From assembly GCA_964016885.1 (NCBI GenBank), contig OZ024741.1:378138001-378202000 (forward strand): a stretch of 64,000 nt of DNA, in the 5' to 3' direction. Positions 41,888 to 55,679 of this stretch are shown in pieces; the first letter of the stretch is position 1, and each line of letters begins with the position of its first letter. The notes under the pieces were generated by a model that searched no databases, was not told the DNA's origin, and saw only the letters and a program-made list of their open reading frames with translations. A program made the translations under genes and the position numbers. This DNA comes from Eledone cirrhosa (lineage: Eukaryota).

Positions 41888-43180
41888 CAACAAAGGAATT
41901 GTGGTAAGGAACCAGATGGACATTAAACCACCAGAGTACTCAATACTTAGGGTAGTAGAGTGGGAAATAGGAACAAGTATGACCCCGACGGCAGAGCTCA
42001 AGCCGTTTCGACGGCTATTTCTGGACTAAATTAGAACTTTTAGACTGGTGAATAAATAGCCGAACTTTTCAAGGGGGTACTTCCTTATATGGGAAGATTG
42101 TAGTACTCAAGAGGAATGGTTAAAATTTGTTGTAAGCACAAATAAGTCTATCATGGCATTTGGTGGGAGGTAGGGGTGGCTGAACTTGCCTGTAGAACAA
42201 TGGGGGAGTGAGTGGAGCGGTCAAGCGTTGAAAGTAATATGTATACATCAGATTCTAAGGATTGTGTATGAAGTGGAAGAGGGAAGTTATAGAATAGTTT
42301 AATTGAATGACAGTAGGAAACAATAAAAGATAATAGAAATAAATAAAAAATAAATATAAAATTAGATATTGAGAAATGAATAAAACAAATCACAATGCTA
42401 TCTTACAATTACAGGTTAACAAGTTGAGAATAGAACAAAACTTGTAGAAAAAACTTGTAGTACCATAACTGATACAGAATTAAAGGGGTTTAACACGGCT
42501 ATTATAAGAAGTTAGTCAAACGTATTAGCCCAATTCTATCTCAAAATTACTGGGGTGGGGGAACTGATGCTACAGAGGCCTGATGGGCTTCATTGGGGTA
42601 GGCGAAGGGGAAAAGCAGACGAGGAAAAAAATAGGGGTGAAAGAAAGTGATAGGATGAGACAGGGGGAAAAAGAAGACAAATAGGAAAAGAAAAGAAGAA
42701 AAGAGATACATCTACCTAAGTAAGTTGGGGTTTCACCTAACTTATTCGGCAAGTAGGGTGGTATCAGCCCTTGTCTACCCACCCGGGTCGTTATGGGGTT
42801 TGAGGGCGAGGTAAATCCTACGCAATCCGTGTTTGCATGCGGTTACCAGTTCCTCTTTCTTGTATGGGAGTTGGTCTTTCGAAAACAGCATTTGTAATGT
42901 TTCCTCCGAGCATAAGTTACACGGACGGCGTCCTCCCGTGTAAGAGTTAGCATTGGACAGTAAGCTCCAAGTGAGATTGTAGGTTATATCATTATCTTGG
43001 AGGTCCCATATGTGGCCCGAAAGTGTAGTGGCATGTCGCCGGACCGGGTTTCAGAAAGTATGTCGGTGATGGTAGAGCCGGGTCTTGAAGTCACACGTGG
43101 TTAATCCTATATAAGCTTTGTTGGAGGTGTCCGTCCTCGAAGCTTTGGCTGTGGCCAAGCAAAGTCGACCTAAAACAGGA
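41888..43180 (-). mobile_element. 5'-truncated Nematis-like PLE4: GIY-YIG C-terminus plus 3' UTR/pLTR (absent from the ORF track)
   Basis: Minus ~43137-42775 translates KAYIGLTTCDFKTRLYHHRHTF*NPVRRHATTLSGHIWDLQ...LTWSLLSNANSY...CNLCSEE...EELVTACKH; ends at (TA)n. Confidence 0.85.
41998..42075 (-). ncRNA. Variant pLTR hammerhead-like motif of PLE4
   Basis: Minus strand: TTGAAAA-gtt-CGGCTATTT...AAATAGCCG-tc-GAAAC-GGC-TTG; 9-bp stem II, cleavage side decayed. Confidence 0.45.
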
Positions 43181-43335
43181 ATGAGTTAGCAAAGCACTCA
43201 ATAAGGTTAGTTCCTTAGCGTAATGACATACGTTTAAATAGCTTCACAAATTGAACATTGCGGTAGGCAAAACCCAACCATACAATACCAAATTAACGAA
43301 AGAACTAACAGGTTAAAACATATCGCTAGTATATA

Positions 43336-43710
43336 TAATTATTTCTACTTTTGGCAAAAGGCCAGCAAATAACCCTATGCATTACTGGTACTTTATTTTA
43401 TCGACCCCGTAAGGATGAAAGGCAAAGTTAACCTCGGCGGGATTTGAACTCAGTTCATAAAGGGCCGTAACTCTATGAAGCAAAACATAGCATCCGACCC
43501 TCTACCTGTACAGCCAATCCACAATATAATTGTTTCTATTTTAGACACAAGGCCAGCAATTACCCAGTACATTACTGGTACTTTATTTTATCGACCCGGT
43601 AAGGATGAAAGACAAAGTTAACCTCGGCGGGATTTGAACTCAGATCATAAAGGAACGTATCTCTATTGCTTCAAAGCATGGTGTCCGATTCTCTACTGAT
43701 ACTGCCAATG
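43336..43710 (-). mobile_element. Two tandem SINE copies (43336-43522 and 43528-43710)
   Basis: Each has TTTCTA.TTT.G.CACAAGGCC...TCGACCC.GTAAGGATGAAAG.CAAAGTTAACCTCGGCGGGATTTGAACTCAG. Confidence 0.9.
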
Positions 43711-44430
43711 AAATCAATACAGATGATATAAAGTACATATCTTTCGTTTATTCCTATGATTTTATAATACTCCGTATAAATATGTACCCTTGAGTGCTTG
43801 GTGTCTGTCATATACAAGAGTTATTTGATAACAAATCAACTAACTATTTTTACCTTGTTTGTATATATATATATATATATATATATATACGAAATGTATA
43901 TACTTTATATGATCTGTATTTATTTCATTATATATACGAGCAGAAAAATCACCCTTAGGGTTGTTTTCTGCTAGCATGTCTAGTGTGTAATATACGAAAG
44001 TGTATATTCATGTAGATATGATAAATAAAATAAAATCGTAATTGACAATATACACAGAAATTGAACGGAGACTGTATTACGCTGTCTTATGTAATCAGTA
44101 ACGTAATCCATGATACATTAAAAAAAGACGATATTATATATAAACTGCATTAGGAGACAATTGGTGACATAAATATATGAATATTTATATAAACGATCAC
44201 TAACCGGAATAGTTGACATTTGAACATTTTAAAGAAGTGAATCTTTAAATAAATAATAAAATATATTTAATGAACAGCCACGAAATTTAGTGGATACATT
44301 ATGTAATATTTATTTATTGTGTATTCAAAGTAATCCAACTTATTTTACTAAGGGGATAACACATTATAAACCGTACTCAGTCCGCGCTTCTTACTTTATT
44401 ATAGTTTATATTTCGAATATGTAACGTTGT

Positions 44431-44529
44431 ATGTATAACATAAACCAGAACATATCCTCTTCAGAGAAGATATACATATGAGATGTATAATGTTTCTGAA
44501 GAGGATAAGTTCTGGTTTATGTTATACAT
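44431..44529. repeat. 99-nt fold-back hairpin with 35-bp arms (1 mismatch)
   Basis: ATGTATAACATAAACCAGAACATATCCTCTTCAGA at 44431-44465 versus its reverse complement at 44495-44529. Confidence 0.9.
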
Positions 44530-45609
44530 CAAATTGCATCTTTGAAACATATATAATGAAATAAATTTAGATGATATAAGGCATATAACTTTCGTTTATT
44601 ACTATTATATATACGTCTATATATATATATATACGTATATATTGTATATATATAATTGTGTGTGTGTGTGTATCTGTGTATGTTAGTGTGAGTGTGTGCG
44701 TACGTATCTATATGTATCAGATCATTCTTAAGAGCTGCTTGTATCATGTAACCCATTAAAACCTGTTATATTGACGGTGGTCGTTGACGAAACTGATAAC
44801 CCATCAACCTAGTTTTATGACGAATATAATATTTGGACACCCTAAGTTGAAAAAATACAAAAAAAAAAAACGTCATGAGGGTCATCAACTATCCGCTATC
44901 TTACTAGGAACCCGAAATTTGATAACAAATCTGAATCACTTGCTGGTTATCCCAATCTATGTTGAGCCATCGGCTTCTCCTTTTTGGATTTGTCTGAAAG
45001 GTGGGTCTGTTCCTATGCAAGCCCCGTTCAGTATAATCAAATTCACCAACAAGGAACGTCTTACACCCTAAACGAAGAAGTGACTATGTTTCACTCAAAA
45101 GTCCTTCCACAATCGACTCAACTACGATGGGTTCAGGCCAAACAAGCCTGAAGTCCGTAGCTGCAGCCCACACGTATGCCACTTGAAATATATGCTGTAA
45201 TATCTCCAAACGCATGTACTTTTTCTACCAGGCAGTTCCACAATTGACTGAACAGACCTTTCCAGGAATAGAATTGCTCGTATGCTAGCCAGGAGGGACA
45301 TAGTAACAGTGGTCTAAAGAAAGCTGGCCTATCTCTAAATTGGACAACATCAGGTGATTGTTCACTTATATGAGAAAATAAAGGCAATAAAAACGTTATG
45401 ACTAATAGGCCACACAACGGATACCAAATATCTTAGATCACATCTTTGAAAAATGCGTCATGGAATGTATGCCAGCTCTTGGATGTTCCAGGCACCAAAT
45501 TATCCTGAAAGTCGAATTGGTCATATTTGTAAAGTGTTCCATCGGAGCTACTTCAGGATGGCATGCAAGAGGAAACGGACACAGGATACACGTTATTATA
45601 TAAAAGTAG

Positions 45610-45795
45610 ATTTATTGGCCGTATCGGTAGAGTGTCTGACGCGATGCTTTGCAGCAAAGAATTACGGCCCTTTAGGGTCTGAGTTCAAATCCCACCGAGG
45701 TTAACTTGCCTTTCCTCCTTACGGCGTCGATAAAATAAAGCAGCAACTATACACTGGGATAATTGCTGGCCTTGTGCCAAATGTAGACACAATTA
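45610..45795 (+). mobile_element. SINE copy on the plus strand
   Basis: TTGGCCGTATCGGTAGAG...GAGTTCAAATCCCACCGAGGTTAAC...GGCCTTGTGCCAAATGTAGACACAATTA. Confidence 0.88.
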
Positions 45796-45839
45796 TATAA
45801 AAGTCGATCAGAATATGAGCGTCAGGAAACTATAATTGA

Positions 45840-47600
45840 TTTAGCTCTATGAAAATCCTTGTTGCAACAACTGCCGGTGTTTTCGCATGGAGTCTCAGGA
45901 CGGATTATGCTACGTAAGAAGCCACTCAACTTTAACCATTTACTGACAGTAGTCAGATTGTGCTATCCTATTCTTCTGTCTCCGAAAATAGTTGGCGAAT
46001 AGTCTTTAAAATGTAAATGTTTATGGAACACTTCTTTTTTAGTATGATTTGCAAACTCGTGTTGAATTTGACTCTGCTACATGAACACATGAAGCATCAT
46101 AGGCTGTCATGGAATGGGAAATTGAAATAGCAATGGACTTCTCTTGCTGCAGCTGTGCCAACATTCAATTTTGGCATAGGAAATACATGGTTTAGATAGA
46201 ATAACAAGTAGAATGGTATCTGGATACATCTACGTTTACGTCAGTATATTATTGATTGCGAGATTGTAAGATATAACGTAAGGTGTATGCCATGTCTATC
46301 TTTAATATGATAGAGGCAAAGCTTTGGACGGATCACCGTCTACTAAGTGCATTTCTCTGTGTTTGTGTTCGAGAGAATATGAAACTTAGTGATGTAAGGC
46401 TGCGGAGACGTATACACGTCTGAGATTTGACCTGCGGATAAATACGAATGAATTTTCTAGACAGTTTATCAAATTGAAATAAACGACAGTAATGATACTT
46501 TCACCTCTAGCAACACACTGCTTTATGAGTCAGCGGCCACGACTTTGGGTAATGGAGGACTAGTTTACTTCAAATATACCACCAGTGGAAATCACGTTAT
46601 GGGAATAGAAATATATATCTGCACAAGTTGTTTCCTGTTAGAAGGAAGGTGCAAAACAATGTCAACTGGAGACGACCGCCAAAATGTGTACGGCAGGTAT
46701 GTAGCGCAAACTCTGGACAGCAAATTGTTAATAGTAGCGTGATGAAGTGAATCACATAAAGGCGCAGCAAAATTACAAGATGTTAAATCATTATATTACG
46801 AAATACACTCAGTATATGGTCCATCGAACACAGTCATTGTCCCACTGCGATCAAAGAATGGAAACGAAGCTTTGCATAAATCCATTGGAACCAAGGCAAG
46901 ATGGCGCGAACAATCTAATGAACTATGTTAGTCCCAATGGGATTGGAGCCATAGAGCAATATCCCGTTATTAACAAGTTTGAGGATCCTCTCGCATTAAA
47001 AGACACTATGACAGCAGTAAAATAAAATGAACACTAACAAAAGACATGGAAAATATGGTATAGTCATTGAAATAGTGCAACAAAGTGATCCTAAATTAAA
47101 TGTCCTGTGGCATAAGGAATACCACAATTTGTGGTTGAATGATACAGATTCACATGATTGGAAGGATGCCAAACCTTCTACTTTTTCAAGAAGGAACTCG
47201 AGGATGTTTGTGACAACTACAGTGGGAGATCTTTACAATTACCTGTTGGTAGAATCTTTGCCAGGATTCATCTTAATCTCTGCAGATGCACGTTGCAACT
47301 AACATTGTGTCGGAATCTTAACGTGGCTCCCGTCCATATCGGGACACTTCTGATATGATTTTCATAGCTTGACAAATACATGAAAAGAATGAGAAGCAAT
47401 AGCTTGATGTATACAATTTTTTTTATTGATCTCAGCAAGGCCGCTGACAGTAACTAAGCACGCACTTTGAGGAATGTTTTTGAAGCTGGATAGTCCCGAG
47501 TAGTTTATATGTCCATTGCATAATGATACGAGAGCGTACGTTTCCGTCAATGAGGGAGACAGCGAGTTTAGCTTTTACATTTACCTCTCTTCTTCTGAAG
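45840..47600 (+). mobile_element. Decayed RTE-like LINE (APE and RT remnants)
   Basis: NGLLLL...IGNTWFR...WIH.R...WTDHRL (APE); CDNYSG.SL...VGRIFARI.LN and FIDLSKA (RT); many stops. Confidence 0.65.
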
Positions 47601-48256
47601 GTGCATTAGAGCACCAGCTACTGCAATTCTAGCACTTAATTCAGATCGCTGCCTTGCATCAGTCGTGCACGCGGAACCGAGATACGTGAATTACTCCACC
47701 TGGTTTTGTGTAATTCCATTGACATGAATAGTGCATTGCGCTCGTTTCTTTAAGTGGACGAGTAACTTTATTTACACGGCACCGATTTTCTCTCCAGCTA
47801 TGTAACATTTGGCTTCAAACCTATTAAATGCAAGTCGGAGATCTTCGGCTTGAGGTAGTTTCAGGTTGATCATAACTACGTCGTGATCATTCGTATACAT
47901 CCGGCATTCGTATACATCCGGCACAGAATCGAAGAAATCAGAGACAATAACAAAATAAATTATTGATTTCTGTCCCTGATTCCCATTTGCATAAATAATA
48001 ACAACTATAAGAACAATATACATAGGGAATACTATATAAACACACATACGCACACACACACGCACACACACACACACACACACCCACACATACACACACA
48101 CACACACACAAATATATATATATATATATGTTCTGTATTTGTGTATATATGGGAGTGCGGTGGCAAGTGGGTGTGTTTGTGCGCGTGAGTACGCATTCAA
48201 TTGTGTTAATACGTAAACAGTTATATTTTTCATAGCCTATATTTCGTTTTATTTAA

Positions 48257-48870
48257 TACTAGACCACCCGTGTAGTGTTACGTTCGCTTCAAAATATTTG
48301 TTAAAAATTATGTTCACTTAAAAATAATTTTTAAATAATTAAAATATACACAAACATGTATTAATGTGAAATGAAACTGGAAGGCCCACATATATATACG
48401 TGTGTGTATGTATGTATATAAGTGTGTGTGTGAGGTATACATATAAATATATATACGTATGTGTGTTATATATATATGTGTGTGGGTGTCTGTGATCAAT
48501 ATACACTGGTCATAGACACACACACATATATACACACTTATATATATATAGACAGCAACACCGCTAACTCTCTCTCTTCCATCCTCCTGCTCTGTCTCCT
48601 CTCCCTCTCTCTATGTCTCTCTTTCAATCTAATTTCCCACAACCACTATATCTTTCTCTCTATACTTCTCTCTATCTGCTTATGAAGGTACCCAGCAAAC
48701 CCCATATCTCGGGAACCCGTGCTCAATTTACGCGAAACTTGTTTGATTCTATTTGTATTCCCATTTCAGGCGCAACTTCCTTTCAAAGTCTTTTCCCATT
48801 ATGCGCCCGTTTAGCTGTATTACAGAGAAGCCAGCAAGCAATCACAGACTTTTAGTAGTACATAGATAGA
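48257..48870 (+). mobile_element. Possible non-autonomous Helitron/HINE-like element
   Basis: 5' TACTAGACCACCCG and 3' ACAGACTTTTAGTAGTACATAGAT resemble Lep1/DINE-type termini; the interior is microsatellite-rich. Confidence 0.35.
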
Positions 48871-50848
48871 TACATAAAATGCATAAACTAAATGAAAATT
48901 AATTCATTTGGTGGTTGAAATTATGGTTACGTTTTCTACGATTATAATTCCCCACACTTTCGGTAAAACCAATTTTTAAAAGATTATATTGTCTGCTTCA
49001 TATTGTAAAAGTGACACATTTCAAATAACGAAACCAAATGACGGCATCTTTGACAATTTTATGTCTCATATTAAAAAAATACTACGTTTTGAAGCCAGTT
49101 GCTGCAATATGATATCATTTTTAATATTCCAGTACACGCATCTTTAACAGTCCGGAATGTAATCATGCTTTACAGATGTCAAATTAATTACATGAATATT
49201 TCAAAATTTGAAAGCTTTCATAATTCCACCTAAGTTGTTTTCTTCCATTTTTATATCCATTTCTATGTCTTATTCGATAGATAGAAACACTTTTTGTATC
49301 AAGTCTACAATAATTTTGTTTATCAATGAAATGAGTGGACACGTAAGCCTCAAATTTCTATAATTAACATCTCATCACATGATTCTATTCTAGCGATGAA
49401 TTGAAAAGCATTTAGAGTTTATAGATGGGAGTATATCATGTTAATATGTACATTTTATCATGAAGTGTTATTGTTGCCAGCAGATGCAGATTGACCGAAC
49501 AGTTTAGTGTATAAAAATTGTGTTATTGTTTCTAACAGTAGTAAACAATACACTGAATATGTGGAAGGTTTATAACAACCATTTGATGTGCTCTCTTCTG
49601 CTTCATTAGATAATATTGACGTACGCATTACGTTCTAGGAGCTGAGGAAAAAGATCTGTACATTTGTGAGTGTCTTGCTAAAAATATGAGCCGCATTTCT
49701 AACAATTGAACCTAAAATCCTAAACAAGTACGTGTTGCATAATGTATTATTATATACACTGTTCATTCACTATACAAAAAAGAGAAATCATCAACTAGTG
49801 ATCATGACCTGAGATTCCTTGGTCATTTAATGGATCGTCAATATAAAACTGGAAATAAAAATCACCGAAAACTAAACATAATATTGTAACGATTTGTGAG
49901 GTGAATATTATAGGTGTACTGATGTATTGATATGATTTAGAGAGAGCACAACTGAAAAATGAATAGAGAAAGTATATATTTATATCTGTACCAGAAATAA
50001 TTAAATATTGTAATGATCTGTGAGTAGAATATGCATTTATATGATTTTTACGGTGCAATTGAAAAATAAACAGAGAGAGTATATAGTTATAACTGAACCA
50101 TAACCATAAATAATTAAATATCCATGTAGACATTCTTGTCGACATTGCATTTGTTTAAAGTTGAAATATTTCTAATTCTTCAGAGCGTCTACAAATATAG
50201 GATATGCCAACCACTATCAAATATGTAGGTTACTTTTCAGAATTACGTCCAAAATATAATTACTATTGCCAAAGATATAAATGTTAAATCCAAATAACAT
50301 CATTGCTCATAGTGGAGAACATGTGCAATAAACATCTTTAATATTCTGTTTAGTTTCATGATGAAAGAAAAATACGTACCTGCAATGTTTTACATCAAAA
50401 TTATATTAGTCATAAATAGATATGCAAATATATAATCCACAACCTATCAAATGTTATGTTAAGGTACGTAGTACAATGTGTACGGTGTGTGCTTTGCTTT
50501 TACCACATCATTGTATTTTTCAAATATTTAAACATTACACTTATAAATGTAGATTTCCATTTAACTCCCAGGAATTCGGATAAGCAAATATTTTATATAG
50601 CTGCCTGTTGTGTTAAACCTGATGCTGCAGCTGCTGGCGCAAAGTCTATTGTTATTCTCATCAATATCGATGTTTCTACTACAGCTGTCATTCGAATTAT
50701 TTCCATTCAAGCTTTTCACATTTGTTCCCCAACCATAGTGACTTTACTTTTGTATTTCGCAGTGAGTTATTTTCAATGATATTCAAGCAAGGTGCAGCTA
50801 TTGGTATATATTTATATAATTGATGGTACACAAGTGTGATGTGATGAG

Positions 50849-50986
<138 letters not shown>

Positions 50987-51039
50987 TGAAAGAACGGGAC
51001 AAAAACGAAAACAATAACAACTATAAAACTAATATTAAT

Positions 51040-51440
51040 AATTGTTTCTACTTTTGGCACAAGGCCAGCAATTATCCCAGTGCATTACTGGTACTTTATT
51101 TTATCGACACCAGAAGGATGAAAGGCAAAGTTAACCTAGGCGGGATATGAACTCAGAATGGCAAGGGCCGTAACTCTATGCATCAAAGCATGGCGTCCAA
51201 CCCTCTACTGATACTGCCAACATTAATAATAATAGTAATTTCTACTATAGGAACAAGGCCCGCAATTTTTGGGCGTAGAAGAAAGTCGATTAAATCGACC
51301 TCAATGCGTTACTGGTACTTTATTTTGTCGAACCCGTAAGGTTGCAAAGCAAATTTAATCTCGGCAGAATTTGAACTCATACCGTAAAGGGTCATAACTG
51401 TCTACCGTGTTCAACGCTTTACCGATACTGTCAATGCACG
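51040..51440 (-). mobile_element. Two tandem SINE copies (51040-51220 and 51238-51440)
   Basis: Same core and B box as the other copies, separated by a short (TAA)n. Confidence 0.88.
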
Positions 51441-51461
51441 GCAGTATGATAATAATAATAC

Positions 51462-54400
51462 TGATTTCTTCATTAACCACACGGGTTGATAGAAAGAATA
51501 ACATTAAACACAGGTACAAATGGGTATTTCTGCGTGTAAAGAAAAAAACAATAACAATGGAAATAACAAAAAAAAGAGGAAATATTCTCCATATGAGGTA
51601 GACGTCCGAGGGTCGCTTGTTAGAGAAAGCTCGTTAAAAAAGCCATGGTGAGCCTGACCACCAGGGCAAGTACTCTCTTTCTGTTTTCAACCTCCAATCT
51701 AGAGGTGCATACTCAGAGCAGGCCTATTCACTCCGGAAAGCTTGCATCTCTCAACCTATCTTTCAACAAATTGCTGGGAAGTGACCACTTCCTTCTCCAC
51801 CCTCATTTTCCTTTTCAAATAAAAGTTGGAAGAGTTAATCAAGTCATCCCGAAGAAGTAAGTGCTCGTCTTCAGCCCTTTCAAGTCCCTCCACCACACGT
51901 CATTTTTCGCCATTGTCACTAGGCAGATAAAAACTCGCTGCCCTTCCTGCTTAAAGATAGGCAGCGGGGAAATATTCGCGATGGACTCATCTAATAGCCG
52001 GATCCGTGATAATCGCAACAGCAGGTGTTCGACATAAAGCCACAAGTCAGCAATGTTGTGACACTGGATGAGTGCGTGCAAGATGGTTTCGTCGCCCTTC
52101 GCGCATCTCGGAAAAGCTCGGTTGACGGCTGTCCCATGTTTGCAAAATTTATCCCGAACTGACAAATCTCCTTGGTAGCAGTGCCAGGCCAGGGATTTCT
52201 AGAAGTTATCCATGGGTCCGGGCCCGAAACTTCTTCCGAAGAGATTGGCTATTTGATTTTCATCGACGCCCAGAGTCTCCCTAAGGACATCATCCATCCA
52301 CTAACCCTCTATTAAACACACATGTGGAGTTTCTACCGATCGCATCGCCCGATTGGTTGAGGACTGTGAGCGCATGAAGCCATTCCAATTTGCAAGCGCT
52401 CACTAGCGGTCTTTGTTTGACCCATGCCTGTAGCTCAGTCAAAGCGACAAACTGGGGAAAAACACGTCTAGCAAACGATGACCAAACCTGTTTACCATCG
52501 AGGAAGAGGTGAAGATGCCGTAGCCTGGGCGTATGCCTGCTTATCATCAGCCACGTCATGCGCAACCCTCAACGTAGCAGCAGTTGACAGCAGATAGACT
52601 GTCTGATCATCAGAGTGCGTCACTTCTACAATTAGACCGAAAAAGACCCCCAGCAATTTATCCGGCCCGTCCATCCAGCGCCCGACGACGCTGTTGGACG
52701 GCATGAACCTGCCTCGCCAGATGCACAGCCGCAGACCCACCGGCTTTTCCTGGTCAATCTTAGCTCGCATTTTCTTAGTGTAGTGTCGATCACCTTGAAG
52801 TGTTCGATACATCTACGGTGACGTCGTCGGCATATACTGACACATTTCTCCCGTATCCTACTTAGCGCAGGATTCCTCTCAACGTCTCCAGTTTGTGCAG
52901 TAATGGTTCAAGAGTCAATACGTACAGCATGGACGATAGGGACATATTTGGCGGACCGTGCTCATGATGTTGAATGGTCCCGAAATGGGACAGTTTATTC
53001 TCATCACACAACAGATGTCACTGTGAATGGCAGCAATCCGGCCACTGAAGACGGGCCCAAAGCCAGCCGTTTAAGGACCGTCGCCAGATAACGATGGTCG
53101 ACACTATTTAAAACCTTCGACTGATCTAAATTGATCAAGGTTCCCTCCGTGCTAGGTTCCCTAGCTACCCTCTCCACGATGTATCCCATGAGGTGGAGGT
53201 TGTTATGGAGGAATCTGTCTGGAATCTCGCATATCTGCGCCTCTCACACCAGACCACCGACGACAAACATCAACCCTTTGCTAGTACCACGGTCAAAATC
53301 TTGAACTCTGTGTTTAGCAGATTTGTGGGCTTGAAATTATCTATCTCACCCTCCTTGTTCGGGTCCTTTCTCAGCAGCACCTCGGTTCACAGAGCTGGGA
53401 AATCTCTCTTTCTGCTGTCACAATTCTGGCATGTGAACGTAAAGCTCATTGGGCAGACCATCCAAAACAGACGATTTACCCATGTGCAGTCAGTCATTGC
53501 CTCCCTTACTTCAGCGGCTCTTTTCAGATTTAGCAACAGTCCGCCTCAGTGGCCGACACTCGCAGCAGTCCGTTGAGGTATAAACTAAAGTCTATCCTGC
53601 TGCTCCCGAAGAACTGACCGAAGTTTCTCTGAAAAGACATATACAATTGCATGGGATCGAGTAACATGCGCCCGTGGTGTTCCTCCAAAGAGCGGTGCGT
53701 GGCTTTGTTACCAGGACGCCACACGGGCGCATCGAACGGCTTTCGTCCTCTCGTGTCTGAGAGTATGCATCCTAGCTCTGACTACGGAGCATTCGTGCAT
53801 TGGGTTGAAGAATTCGTCGAGGGCAAATTTCGTCACAAGCATGTCGGTTTGCGAGGCTTTTACTAAGCACCGCGTCTCATTTCTTAAATAGTTTTCCATC
53901 TACACTATTCTTTTCTGTTGTTAACACCTCCTTACTAAACCTAATGTATTTTATTCTAATCGCCCTTTTCAGGGCCAACCACGATTTGTTGTTGACGACT
54001 GTCCCAGTCAACGCAAGCTAAACTAGTTCGTTAATCCATTCTATGTAGGCTTTGTGCGCTGACAACGACGCCTTTAGCTACCAGTAGCCGGGTCACTGTC
54101 TACGAAGCCTATCAAAGTTGACCACACAGATCAAGAATTTGTGGGCCAGAAACAAATTACATACAACAACCACTTGGAGATGTGTACAATTCATAGCCGC
54201 CGGAAATGGGTGCGAATGACCGTACGTCGGAGATTCTGGTCTCGCTAGTGGCCACGACATTTATGTTTAGCCACCTGAGATCATTGAGCAGGTGACGCTG
54301 CTTCCACGACAAACCCAGGCCACGTTAATTCATGCTGCCTAGCCTGTGAGAAGCCATGCCACCTTAGATGGGAAGAAACACGTGAGTGGAAAACAAAAAA

Positions 54401-55080
54401 AACACAACTTTAGAAAGGGAGTGGGTGATCCATTCCTCCGACCAGTGGTGGATTTCTCCACGTGAATGTCCGAATAGATCCTTTTAGTGTGGTTCCGTCG
54501 ATAGTCTCCAATTGCTGCGGGTAACGTTTTCTTTAATATGTAATTCTTTTGAGAGGCTTCAATTATTTTTATGTGTGTAGGAGGTGCAATTTTAGTGGTT
54601 TGTATGTAATTTGTTTATCTGATGTTGGTGTGGTGTTGAATGTGATGTAAAGGCTTTGTGTTGTATGTGTCCATAGCTGTGTACTGTGTCTGCTTTTGGG
54701 ATATTGGTGCTTTCTATATGTGCTGGAAGTGACAATGGGGTAGATGTTAATGATGGCGGTGGTGGTGATGATGTAGGTGGTTGTGGGAGTGTGGCTGTTG
54801 ATTGTGATGGCGGTGACGTCGTTGACTTTTTCAATGTTTTTTTGTCCTTTACTCGTTTGTTTGGGGAGGGCGAACGTAGGGAGCTCATTTCTGTTGACAC
54901 TGCGTGGTTTTCCACGCAACAGCGTCATCAGATACCCTTTCAGATTGAGTGATATGGGGAAGGAGCATGCTCTCCATTGGACTTGTTGGTGCCATTAGTG
55001 GTGGAGGAGATGTATTTTTTTCTATTTGGTGCTGGTAATTCTTTCTGGCACGGCGGCCTCGGGTAGGGAGGTAAAAATAA
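51462..55080 (-). mobile_element. Older, internally deleted Tx1/L1-like LINE related to 57068-62760
   Basis: Collinear similarity (GNKATHRSL, IVERVAREP, INLDQSK...VDHRYLA, RFMPSNSVVGRW, CA.GDETILHAL.QC) with many stops and frameshifts. Confidence 0.9.
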
Positions 55081-55249
55081 CTGAAAAACTCCCCAAAAAA
55101 CAAACACAAACACACCAGATTGTAATGGCTACAAAATTTAGCCGAGACACATCAACAGAAACAGCATCGCCATCACTACATTTCCAGAAACCCCATCTCC
55201 ACCGCCACCACTACTCCATCGCTACCACATGCTTAAAATGAAAAGACCT

Positions 55250-55653
55250 TAAAAGGTTGTAGTGGTTTTTGACGGGGAGGAGAGATCGGGCCTGAGTGTG
55301 GATATAGACTACCATTTTGGCACAAGTGTGCAAGGATAGGAGGAGAACATTGACCGATACTAGGATTTGAAGTGGGAGTTTTAAAGGATTTGAGACTGAC
55401 ATGAAATCAATGTGGTTCCTATTGTTAAGGGAACAATAGGTACAGACTCGAGGAGTTTGCAAGGATGATTAAAGAACATCGGTCTAGCCCTCATGTGTGG
55501 AATACTTCCAAAGGCATGGTTGCTGGGAAAAGCAAGAACCCTCCTATACGGCCTGGATATCTGAGGCTGCAGGTACTCGCTTAATGAACCCAATTTCCAG
55601 TTAAATTGCATCAATAAGAGAGAACCATGACAACAATAATAATAATAATAATA
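55250..55653 (+). mobile_element. 3' end of an R4/Dong-like non-LTR element (RLE endonuclease) ending in (TAA)n
   Basis: Residual DRY.DLKWE...INVVPIV.GTIGT...LPKA.LLG.ARTL...LD, then (TAA)n at 55635-55653. Confidence 0.6.
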
Positions 55654-55679
55654 ACGTTTGGGCATAAATGCGCTTTCAT

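Noticed and set aside
49795-50780. Possible minus-strand exons (TTTCCAG|FYIDDPLNDQGISGHDH*; donor CAG|GTACGT at ~50379)
   Set aside because: The candidate upstream exon has stops in all frames and there is no recognisable protein family.
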